In this document: in pieces, positions 53,075 to 64,000 of the stretch
How the letters are laid out: each line of letters starts with the position of its first letter
Position numbering within the stretch: the first letter of the stretch is position 1
Source: Macrostomum lignano
Taxonomy: Eukaryota
Direction of reading: 5' to 3'
DNA: 64,000 nucleotides
NCBI GenBank assembly: GCA_002269645.1
Contig: NIVC01002711.1
Span: forward strand, 1-64,000
Position numbers and translations under genes: made by a program
Notes under the pieces: model-generated
Database searches by the model: none
What the model was told of the DNA's origin: nothing
The model's input: the letters and a program-made list of their open reading frames with translations, nothing else

Positions 53075-56000
53075 GCAATGTCAAACATAGAAGAGCCACC
53101 ATGTCGAACATTAAAGAGCCAACATTTCGAATATAAAAGAGTTACCATGTCAAACATAAAATAAGCACTATGTCAAACATATACGTGACTCCATGTCAAC
53201 GATTAAAAAGCCACCATTTCAAACATAGAAGAGCCACTATGTCAAACCTAAACAAGCCACCACGTCTAACATTTCTAACATTTAAGAGCCACCATGTCAA
53301 ACATTTAAGAGCCATTATGTCAAACATTAAAGAGCCACCATGTCAAACCTAAACAAGCCACCACGTCTAACATTTAAGAGCCACCATGTCAAACATTTAA
53401 GAGCCACCATGTCAAACATTTAAGAGCCACCATGTCAAACATATATGTGACTTTATGTCAAACTTTAAAGAGCCACCATTTCGAACATTAAATAGCCACT
53501 TTGTCAAACATTAGAGAGCCGCCGTGTCAAACATAAAAGAGCCACCAGGTTAAACATTAAAGAGCCACCATGTCAAACAATAAAGAGCCACCATGTCAAA
53601 CATAGAAGAGCCACCATGTAAAACATTTAGGAGTCACCATATCAAACATCAAATAGCTACTTTGTCGAACATTAAAGAGCCACCGTGTCAAACATAAAAG
53701 AGCCACCATGTTAAACATAGAAGAGCCACCATGTCAAACATAAAAGAGCCACCATGTCAGACATTAAAAAGCCACCGTATCAAACATAAAAGAGTTACCA
53801 TGTAGAACAAAAAACAGCCACCATGTCGAACATAAAAGAGCCACCATGTAGAATATTAAAGAGCCACCATGAAGAACATTAAAGAGCCACCATGTCAAAC
53901 ATAAAAGAGCCACCATGTCAGACATTAAAAAGCCACCGTATCAAACATAAAAGAGTTACCATGTAGAACATTAAAGAGCCACCATGTTAAACATAGAAGA
54001 GCCACCATGTCAAACATAAAAGAGCCACCATGTCAGACATTAAAAAGCCATCATGTCGAACATAAAAGAGCCACCATGTAGAATATTAAAGAGCCACCAT
54101 GAAGAACATTAAAGAGCCACCATGTCAAACATTTAAGAGCCACCATGTCAAACATTTAAGAGCCACCATCTTAAACATATATGTGACTTTATGTCAAACT
54201 TTAAAGAGCCACCATTTCGAACATTAAATAGCCACTTTGTCAAACACTAGAGAGCCGCCGTGTCAAACATAAAAGAGCCACCAGGTTAAACATTAAAGAG
54301 CCACCATGTCAAACAATAAAGAGCCACCATGTCGAACATAAAAGAGCTACCATGTCAAACATTTAAGGGCTACCATGTCAAACATTTAAGAGCTACCATG
54401 TCAAAACATAAAAGTGCAATCATGTCAAACCTAAAAGAGCCACCATGTCAAACATAAAAGAGCCACCATTTCGAACATTAAAGAGCCACCATTTCAAACA
54501 GTAAAGAGCCACCATGTATAACATTTAAGAGTCACCATATCAAACATCAAATAGCCACTTTGTCGAACATTAAAGAGCCACCGTGTCAAACATAAAAGAG
54601 CCACCATGTTAAACATAGAAGAGCCACCATGTCAAACATAAAAGAGCCACCATGTTAGACATTAAAAAGCCACCGTATCAAACATAAAAGAGCCACCATG
54701 TTAAACATAGAAGAGCCACCATGTCAAACATAAAAGAGCCACCATGTCAGACATTAAAAAGCCACCATGTCAAACATAAAAGAGTTACCATGTAGAACAT
54801 TAAAGAGCCACTATTTCACACAGTAAAGAGCCACCATGTCAAACATAAAAGAGCCACCATGTCAAACATTAAAAAGCCACCATGGCGAACATTAAAGAGC
54901 TACCATGTCAAACATTAAAGAGCTATCATGTCAAACACAAAATAGCCACCATGTCAAACATTGAAAAGACACTATGTCAAACGTATACGTGACTCCATGT
55001 CAAACATAAAAGTGCCACCATGTCAAACATAAAAATGCCACTATGTCAAAAATTAAAGAGCCACCATGTCGAACATTAAAGGGCCAGCATGTCAAACATA
55101 AAAGAGCCACCATGTCGAACATAAAAGAGCCACCATGTCGAACATAAAAGAGCCACCATGCCAAATATAAAAGAGCCACCATGCCAAACATTTAAGAGCC
55201 ACCATGTTGAACATTTAAGAGCCACCATGCCAAACATAAAAGAGCAACGATGTCAAACATAAAAGAGCCACCATGTCAAACATAAAAGTGCCATTATGTC
55301 AAAAATATACGGGACTCCATGTCAAACATTAAAGAGCTATCATGTCAAACACAAAATAGCCACCATGTTAAACATTGAAGAGACACTATGTCAAACGTAT
55401 ACGTGACTCCATGTCAAACATAAAAGTGCCACCATGTCAAACATAAAAGTGCCACTATGTCAAAAATTAAAGAGCCACCATGTCGAACATTAAAGGGCCA
55501 GCATGTCAAACATAAAAGAGCCACCATGTCGAACATAAAAGAGCCACCATGTCGAACATTTAAGAGCCACCATGTCGAACATTTAAGAGCCACCATGCCA
55601 AACATAAAAGAGCAACGATGTCAAACATAAAAGAGCCACCATGTCAAACATAAAAGTGCCATTATGTCAAAAATATACGGGACTCCATGTCAAACATTAA
55701 AGAGCTATCATGTCAAACACAGAATAGCCACCATGTAAAACATAGAAGAGACACTATGTCAAACGTATACGTGACTCCATGTCAAACATAACAGAGCCAC
55801 CATGGCGAACATTAAAGAGCCACCATGTCAAACATAAAAGAGCCACCATGTCAAACATTAAAGAGCCACCATGGCGAACATTAAAGAGCGACCATGTCCA
55901 ACATAAAAGTGCCACCATGTCAAACATTAAAGAGCCACCATGGCGAACATTAAAGAGCCACCATGTCAAACATAAAAGTGCCACCATTTCAAACATTAAA

Positions 56001-56270
56001 GAGCCACCATGTCCAACATTAAAGAGCCACCATGTAAAATATAAAAGAGCCATCATGTCAAACATAAAAGAGCCATCATGTGAAACATTTACGTGACTCA
56101 ATGTCAAACATTAAAGAGCCACCATGTCAAACATTAAAGAGCTATCATGTCAAACACAAAGAAGCTACCATGTCAAACATAGAAGAGCCACCATGTCAAA
56201 CATTAAAGAGCCACCTTTTTAAACAAAAAAGAGACCCCATTTCAAACATAAAAGAAGTGTCATGCCAAAC
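53075..56270. repeat. ~23-bp satellite (AAACATAAAAGAGCCACCATGTC), ~3.2 kb, with higher-order duplications
   Basis: About 140 units; diagnostic variants (e.g. GAGCTATCATGTCAAACAC) recur at ~370-440-bp intervals. Confidence 0.97.
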
Positions 56271-56329
56271 AAAATGGAACCATTATAAAGCTAAGGAAAT
56301 TGTTGCACTAGCTACTTGTTCTCTGGTGG

Positions 56330-56830
56330 ATGCTTGCTTTTTAAGGATGGATACTTGCTTGCAGGGGATGCTTGCTCTTGTGGGTGGAGGGTACTTGCTA
56401 TCTGAGAGGGGGTTGCTAGATATCTATAAGGTATCTTTGTATCCAGGTTATGCTTGCTATCAGGGGTTGCTTGCTGTCTGGGGGATGCTTGCGAACTGGG
56501 GATGCTTGCTATCTGGGGTCTGAGGGAATGCTTGCTATCTGGGGTTGCTTGCTGTCTGGGGGATGCTTGCGAACTGGGGGATGCTTGCGCACTGGGGGAT
56601 GCTTGCGAACTGGGGGATGCTTGCGAACTGGGGGATGCTTGCTATCTGGGGTCTGAGGAAATGCTTGCTATCTGGGGATGTTTGCTATCTGGGGTTGCTT
56701 GCTATCGGGGGGATGCTTGCTACCTGGGGGATGCTTGCTACCTGGGGGATGCTTGCAGTCTGGGGGATGCTTGCTATTTGGGGATCGATGCTTGAATGCT
56801 GTCTGAGGATGCTTGCTGTCTTGGGATGTT
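56330..56830. repeat. ~18-bp G-rich minisatellite (GGGGGATGCTTGCTATCT)
   Basis: About 25 degenerate units directly after the 23-bp satellite. Confidence 0.92.
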
Positions 56831-57822
56831 TTGTTTTTAGAGGGAATGTCTGTTGTTGTTTTTTGAAGGTTTTATTTCGCTGTCTATTTGTTATTTGTAA
56901 AGAACAAGGATTCTATCCAGATGTCCCCCATCGGGGGGCGAAGATTGCTAGTCCTTTTCTAATAAGCAGTGTTTTATTATTGTATGATACCACCTATGCA
57001 TCAGTGACCAATGCAGGATGCAGTAGTGCTGTTTTAAAATAGGTGCTTAGCCTTAAACAATGCTTGAAATGCTATAGGCCTAGGCCCCAATAAAAAGAAA
57101 TTAGGCCCCTTACATGTTAATTTTCTATTTGCAAAAATATTGTCTTGCCAAAAGTTTTTGTCTTTTAATAAGTTATGCCATTTTTTGTTTTATGCTGTTT
57201 CGTATCAGATTTTTCTCAATTGACTGCTATTGCGCCAGAGTATGCCAATATGATGCATATTCAACCTCCTTTGTGCTAGAATTTATGTAAAAAGGCCATC
57301 TTCCTAACTATGGGGCACAAGGAATGCAGTTGCAGTGTAGTAGTGCTAGACCGATATAAAGCAGGGCATGTAGTAGTTAAAATGTAGCATATAAAATATA
57401 AAATAAATTAAGAATATGGTGAAATCCAAAAATCGGGGCAAGTTTTATGAAAATTCGTTTTTTGGCAATTTGAAAGCAATAAAGCTATAAAATAAATTTA
57501 TTCAAGTTTTTAAAAGGTAAAAAAAGTCTATTAAAGCACAAATTATTTTTGTATAGCTTAATTTTTGATAAAATGATTTGTTAAAATGGTAAGTTTAATT
57601 ACGACCTAAAATGAGTTGAATGAAAATGATAGAAAAGCTATAATAATGTTTTTTATTAACTTTAACTATCTTATAATGTTACACTCTATAATTCTACAAC
57701 ATATTTAACATTATTTTCAAGGGTTTATTTGTTTATCACTTTTGTTACTCTTGACAACGTGTATTTTGTAGAGTTCATTTGCAATAAATTGTATTCAATG
57801 TAAGTTTATTATTTAAACATAC

Positions 57823-58160
57823 AAATTCCCGTAAGGATCGGAAAATTGCATTTTACTCAGCTTCTACTAAAGAGATTTGGAAAATTCTTTTTTTCCTGCA
57901 TATACGCTGCGATGATACATGTTTTAGTGTAATTTCATTGTTCTTCATCGCTTAATGAGCATACAGTAAACATCTGATTTGGAGGCCAGGTAACACATTG
58001 GAATTCCCATAAGGATTGGAAAATTGCATTTTACTCAGCTTCTACTGAAGCGATTTGGGAAATTCTTTTTTTCCTGCATACACGCCGCGATGATACATGT
58101 TTTAGTGTAATTTCATTGTTCTTTGTCGCTTAATGAGCATACATTAAGCATCTGATTTGA
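57823..58160. repeat. Tandem duplication of ~160 bp (57823-57982 and 58002-58160)
   Basis: Two copies of AATTCCC.TAAGGAT.GGAAAATTGCATTTTACTCAGC...CATCTGATTTG, about 90% identical by eye. Confidence 0.9.
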
Positions 58161-60041
58161 ATGCTGGGTTCACATTTTGTGGTACCATTTTTTACCCAAA
58201 ATTTTGAAGTCTAAATATAGGCATATTACAAATACTAATACTATGCAAGTTGATATTTAAATGAAAGAAAACAACTTAAAGATTATTTTGCAACAAGGAA
58301 TTAGCGATATATTTACTTTTAGAGAAAGATGTTTGCTGGCAAACTTTGCACTTTATATTAGTATGAATTTTCGCGAGTTTATATGGTTTTACAAAAACTT
58401 TGAAATCCTTAGAAATACTTCATCTTTTTGAATTGAATAAAAAGTAAAACACAGATTACTTTCTGTTTTGTAAGTAGTAAAAAATTAGCCTTCTCTAAGG
58501 CTTACAAGTCTTAAAATTAATTGTTTAATAATGAAAAAAGTGAAATAAAAAATTGCAACTCGGTCAACTTGGACTTTCAAAATGGCTTTTTTGTGGTTTT
58601 TTCTTATTTATTCAACAATATATAGCATGAAAACAATAGTTTTTATCCAGAACTATTTTCTATAGACCTATCTATCTTTCAAAAACCTTTTTTAGATACA
58701 TTACTTTCTATCAAATGTCTGCAGATTTGTTTTACCATTTTATCGCACATTTTTGGATTTTGCCATGTATATTTTAATTTAAAATCTACTAGACTAATTT
58801 TAAGGACAAAATTTAAATGTTTTAAAACTTTTTTGTTGCCTAAATATAACATTTCTAATTTTTTTCTTGTCTACCTTATTTCAGTTTTCATGCTAGTAAT
58901 GTTATTATAAAAATTAATAATTAATGTTTTTTGATGAGTTTATAATATCTTTTTTATCTAAAAATGTTCTGGCACATAGTTGACATAATCCTAACTATTG
59001 TTCCAAACAAGATACTTTCATATTGTAGAAAGATTAGTATATGCCAAAAAAATGCTAGCATACAAATGCTTCAGCTAGTATACATATGGCGTGTAAAGAG
59101 GAAATACAACTTTCTAACATAATCATTGGCTTATAATTCTTAACTATTCATTCTCAAGCTTATAGCACAGTGTACAAAAGCATTGAAGTATGTATCATAA
59201 TTATAAAAATTATGCTAAACAATCCTTTGCTATAGTAAAGTTAATTTCAAAATTATAATAATAAATTAGATTTTCACAAATTATACTAAAATTTTCTACA
59301 GGTGCTAGCAAAAATATACCGAAATAAATAATGTACAAAGCTATTTTGTTTTACTAACTATTTTTATTTTTTAAATGAGATATAAGTTTTGTTTCCTTTT
59401 AGAAATTATTTCTACATATACTAGTTATTGCATTGGTTATTTGCTTATTAATCAGGCAATTTTTAATAGCATACAATTTACTAAAATACATAATTGGCAT
59501 AATTTACTGGTATACACTTTATTAGATAGCCAAATACTTCCTAGAATATATGTAATATCTGCAAAAATGTGATACTTTTTATGTTTATACTTTTTAAACA
59601 GATATATTCTTATTAGTTTTTTATATTGCATTGCCACATCCATAGCTGTTAAAAGCAGGTTCAAGTATGGCTTGTGGTAGAACTTCTGGACCTATTATAT
59701 TGTGTGGCATATTATCACATTAACCTTAACTAGTATCCTTAATTGACTCATTGACTATTGTTTCTATTTAAGTATATTTACTAATACCATTCCCTATCCC
59801 TTTTTGATAAAAAATATTAAAACAACTGCAAAACAAACTAGAAGATTGCTATAAGAAAATAGCCAAGACAGTTTTTGTACAAAACTTGCATATTTGTGTG
59901 TACATTTTTGGCAAACTTATGCAATTCTCTTGTGCAAGGCCTTTACCAATTTTTTATTCAATGAAATCCTTAAAGAGATGGAAGAGTTTGCTCTTGAACA
60001 TTCCAGATTGCAATGGAAATTGCAGTTGTTGCTTAGTTCTA

Positions 60042-60072
60042 NNNNNNNNNNNNNNNNNNNNNNNNNNNNNNN
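60042..60072. other. Assembly gap (31 N)
   Basis: Run of N. Confidence 0.99.
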
Positions 60073-60809
60073 ACTGATAAGGAGCGGGCTGGGGGTGGGC
60101 GCGCGAGGAGAAATTAGTAATTAATGCGCGGCTTTTCTATTGGCCGGCTGAGAAAAACAGAAACAGAAATTATCGATCGCGCGCTGTACGCAGGTTTTAA
60201 AAATGTACCCAGCTGATTAAAATTCTTTGGGCACTACTTTAAGCAGACGTGAGAAAACGGAACTAGTAATATTAAAGATTGGTACCGTATGTCAAAACGG
60301 CCCTTGGCGGAGCTACTTAAACTGACAACGTCACGCTAAAAATATAATTTTACCTGGAACTACTATGTGGAGTATAACCAAGGACTACTAGACTTGTCTT
60401 GTCATTATTTTAAACGTTTTTTCAAGTGACAGACCAATTAATTTAACATGAAAATCGATTAATGCGTCGTTAGAGCAGCATGTGAGGCACAAAATATAGT
60501 GTGATTAGAACTTTCTCTGACACTGTTAAGAGACCCAATCACTGTTTTAGTGTTGAAAATCGTGAAATTTCCTATCTCCGTAGTGTATTTTTCCGGTGAA
60601 ACCTGCCTTTAAAAAACTATTTCTGAACGAAAAGCTTTATATTGAATAAATATCGATAGAGCAATAAGAAAGGCACAACATATCAAAAGATGAACACTGG
60701 ATCTGCCTCCTATCAAAAGCAATAACAATTTTTGTGCTGAAAAAAATAAAAGCCTCCAATCTAGCTGTAGTGTATTTTTCGGCGAAAAGTTGCCTTCAAA
60801 ACATACCAT

Positions 60810-61332
60810 AGATCCTGGCGCTGCAGCTTGCCCGATCGTACAGGGCCTCGGTCCCGACGCTCTCGTCAGCTCGAAAGGCCGCACGGAGCAGCCCTGAGTG
60901 CGCCGAGAGTCCAGCTGCCGCTCTAGCGTAGCCGTCAGTGTCCACGTCTCGGCGTTGTAGAGCAGAACGGTTTCGACCACCGCCTGCCACATCCGAGCCC
61001 TCTGGCGGTCGGGCAGCGCTTCGGACTGGACGTCGGCCCGGATTGAACGGAAGGCCGCCCAGGCAAGACCTCGGCGCCGCCGCACCAGGCACCAGACCGC
61101 CGAGGTAGGTGAACCGCGCTGGCAGCGTGCGAGCGCATGGTCGTCTGCCCGTCTGCGAAGCGACATGTCAGGTCCGCTGGGATGTCGGCCGGAACAGTCA
61201 GCACCTCGGTCTTCAGCGTGTTGACAACCAGTCCGACGCTCGATGCCACCTCGACCAACCTGTCGATCTGGCGCTGGGCGCCTTCAACGGACGAGGACAG
61301 GAGGGCGCGTCGTCGGCGTAGCTAAGCACGCT
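60810..61332 (-). mobile_element. Degraded RTE-like non-LTR retrotransposon RT fragment (second subfamily)
   Basis: VLSYADD, VGLVVNTLKTEVL, FTYLGG, RRRRGLAWAAF and VVETVLLYNAETWTLT...LDSAHSGLLRAAF across frameshifts. Confidence 0.88.
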
Positions 61333-62004
61333 ATAAGGCGCTTTTCGCACGGCGCTGAAGTGTCACCCTGCAGAACTCCTGATGAAGTGTCGAACTGATC
61401 AGGTATGTAATCGCCTCAGTGAACCGTCTTCTCATGGGGGAAGGATCAGATCGTATGACTATAAGGGATGGCTGCCAGCCGTCTATGACCAGGCTATGAC
61501 CGACAAATCGCCTTCAGGTTGTCTCGCCCATTATTGATACATGTAGCTTTTTGGTGGTGTTATTTTAGAGACCTGAGGGGTAATGATCGACCCACATGTG
61601 CCCCATCGATAGCTAAGGTGCAAATATTGGTCATCGGGTTATTGCATGACCCACGGCTGTCACCACTCTGTGTGACCTGGTGCCAGAGCCCCGCCTGGGA
61701 TGGGTATCAAGGATTTGAGCAAGCAGGGAGCAGCATGCAGCTGAATAATGGGTCTCTGCTTGGGCACAAATCGGGAACTCCAGGATCATTACTGAAGGAT
61801 TTTTATCAGGGGATCAGCTTTTAAGGCTGTGACGACATACGGTTCAGATTGCAAAGAGTAGTGTATAGAGAACACGTACCAGCTATACATGTACATGTAT
61901 AGTTTGGATTGGTCAATGGGTTCGGGCCTGGCCCCTCATATGAAAGGTTCTCCTCCACATGGAGCACCAGATCGCTGGTGTGATGAACCACTGCTGGTAG
62001 CGTG

Positions 62005-62090
62005 CGTCTGCGCCGTGGCATGTCAGGTCCGCTGTGACGTCAGCAGACACAGTCAGCATCTCGGTCTTCAATATGCTGACAACGCTTAAA
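62005..62090 (-). mobile_element. Short fragment of the same RTE-like family
   Basis: CATGTCAGGTCCGCTG..ACAGTCAGCA.CTCGGTCTTCA..TG.TGACAAC aligns with ~61160-61230 (KTEMLTV vs KTEVLTV). Confidence 0.75.
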
Positions 62091-63562
62091 TCCATGCACC
62101 TCTTTCTGTGCTTTCAACAGACGAGAAAAAGAGGTTGAGGTCGCCAGCGCTTGCCAAACAGGCTCAGGTGTTTTTTGCCGCTGTGGCGAACGATGCGTCT
62201 CCACAACAGATAAAAAAGCACGAAGAAATCTCTCCATTTCAGCATTCGGGGTGTGCCATGAAGCTCACAGATGTTCAATTGAAAAGATATTTTTGGTGTA
62301 AAGTCTACTCAGATGTTATATTGCAAAATGCTTAATTGGTTTAATTTTAAAAAGATTTTCCTTGCTGTAGTATGCATTTGATTTTTTTTAATTTAGTTTC
62401 GTAGAACTGGACGGGGAACCGAAAATCCGGTCATCTGGGCTACATGGTCTACAGCTGCCATTCCGCGGTTGAATCACAAGAGCAATTTTCTGAGAAACAG
62501 GAGTCAAGTTAAACAAAGGCTTACTAGGGAGAACTCCGACTGCCAGAATCGTTAATTCTCTGTTGAGAATAATAAACGTTAAAATGGTTGCTGAATTATC
62601 AAACTTTGTTCCACTACGAAAATTACTGGTTTACCTGGTGACGACTGGCCCACCACTCGATGTCCGCTTGAAATGTTGATACGAGTATTATGCCTCTCGA
62701 AGTACGACTAATATATCTTTAATTCCTCTTCAAAAAAAGCTATGTTGACTGTTTACTCAATATTATTCGGTTTCTAAAGCATTGCTTGGAGTGCCCAACT
62801 ACATATATACTGACTGCTGGCTTATTGGACTGCCCTTCTACATGTATTTGCATGTAGATTTGAACTGTTTTTAATTATTCAACTATATGTATATCAATGC
62901 CTTAAAAACTGAAGCCGTGGTAATCCGGATTGTCAGCGTTACAAGCAATATCGAATACATGTAGCTGAAGCAGATGGAATATTTTATGAGTTGTACGTGC
63001 AGTGTATCTTCTGCAGTATAAATTGTACGTATTAACTTAAAATTAAGATGGAGCCACCCATATCTCACTTAGAATACATATAGACCGAGATACATATAGG
63101 CAGTAAAGTTGATGGCATTGATGTTGTTTAATCCGATTACAATTGGAAAGGCTCGCAAGCAATTGCTGCTGTGATTGTACATATGTACATTTATTTAAAG
63201 AATCTAGGTTTCGAGCTATGTCGATCGTATTGTATTTTTTACTCGTGCATGTATACATGTGCATGTAAGTTCACGAGAATATTGAATTGGAGATAAAGAT
63301 CACACTTGCGGACTCAGAGGTGTTAGAGACTTTGATTAATCACTGGTGCAGAATAACTCCATTACTAATTTAGACACAGCTATAATAGCATTAAGATACT
63401 CGTTGTAGTACCTTTCTGTATGTCTCTCGTTCTTATCTGGAGCTCTTACTGCAGTACATCCCGTTTGCTAATTTGCCAACTGCGAGCGAGTTGAAAGCAA
63501 AAAAATCTAATTTAAAGTAAAGGCGCATGCAGCTATAAGAGTATATGCACGACCGCGAAGGA

Positions 63563-63910
63563 TGTCACTGTCTCACTACAGCCAGTGCCACCTCAGCAAT
63601 GTCACAGTCTTATAACAGCAAGTGCCACCTCAGAAATGTCACAGTGTCACTACAGCCAGTGCCACCTCAGCAATGTCACTATCTCACTACAGCCAGTGCC
63701 ACCTCAGCAATGTCACAGTGTCACTACAGCCAGTGCCACCTCAGCAATTGTCACAGTGTCACTACAGCCAGTGCCCTCTTGGCAATGTCACTGTAGTCTC
63801 ACTACAGCCAGTGCCACCTCAGCAATGTCACAGTCTCACTACAGCCAGTGCCACCTCAGCTATGTCACTGTCTCACTACAGCTAGTGCCACCTCAGCAAT
63901 GTCACAGTGT
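63563..63910. repeat. ~37-bp minisatellite (CTACAGCCAGTGCCACCTCAGCAATGTCACAGTCTCA)
   Basis: About 9 units. Confidence 0.94.
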
Positions 63911-64000
63911 CAAAATAATCAATACTACGTCCTCTAGCACTGCGTCATACCTATATTTCTCGAATACCATTTGTAATTGGCTTTCCCGGCGGTGCTGAAG

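Noticed and set aside
53075-56270. Scores of perfect vertebrate Kozak motifs GCCACCATG in the satellite
   Set aside because: An incidental part of the repeat unit; there is no coherent coding frame and no reason to expect the vertebrate Kozak context here.
59894-60041. Short ORF abutting the gap (FLFNEILKEMEEFALEHSRLQWKL), possible transposase remnant
   Set aside because: Too short, and I recognise no motif; it cannot be supported without a database search.

Overview
Eukaryotic (metazoan invertebrate) nuclear genomic DNA: standard code, GT-AG introns, GC-richer exons in AT-rich spacers, and one scaffold gap (60042-60072). The overall style (minisatellite-filled introns, RTE-like LINEs) resembles free-living flatworm/spiralian genomes, but that is only an inference. 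Genes reconstructed by hand: (i) four co-oriented minus-strand genes in 9.2 kb, namely URI1, an intronless divergent STAT, RNASEH2C and mitochondrial GrpE. Each has a splice-acceptor-like YAG 2-34 nt before its ATG, which makes this a candidate SL-trans-spliced operon. (ii) A 13-exon plus-strand secreted EGF/laminin-G gene (pikachurin/SP2353-like, about 812 aa); 10 of its 12 introns carry their own tandem repeat. (iii) A 2-exon TRPV-family channel with a TRPV5/6-like pore. (iv) Two intronless secreted PAN + C-type-lectin paralogs that share a near-identical 198-bp internal tract. Repeats include RTE-like LINE fragments (one with an 11-bp TSD), a tRNA-derived CORE-SINE, several MITE-like inverted repeats, and about 25 mini/microsatellite arrays (roughly 14 kb by hand sum). 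Most long ORFs in the supplied track are repeat artefacts. No CRISPR array, rRNA or intact tRNA gene was found.
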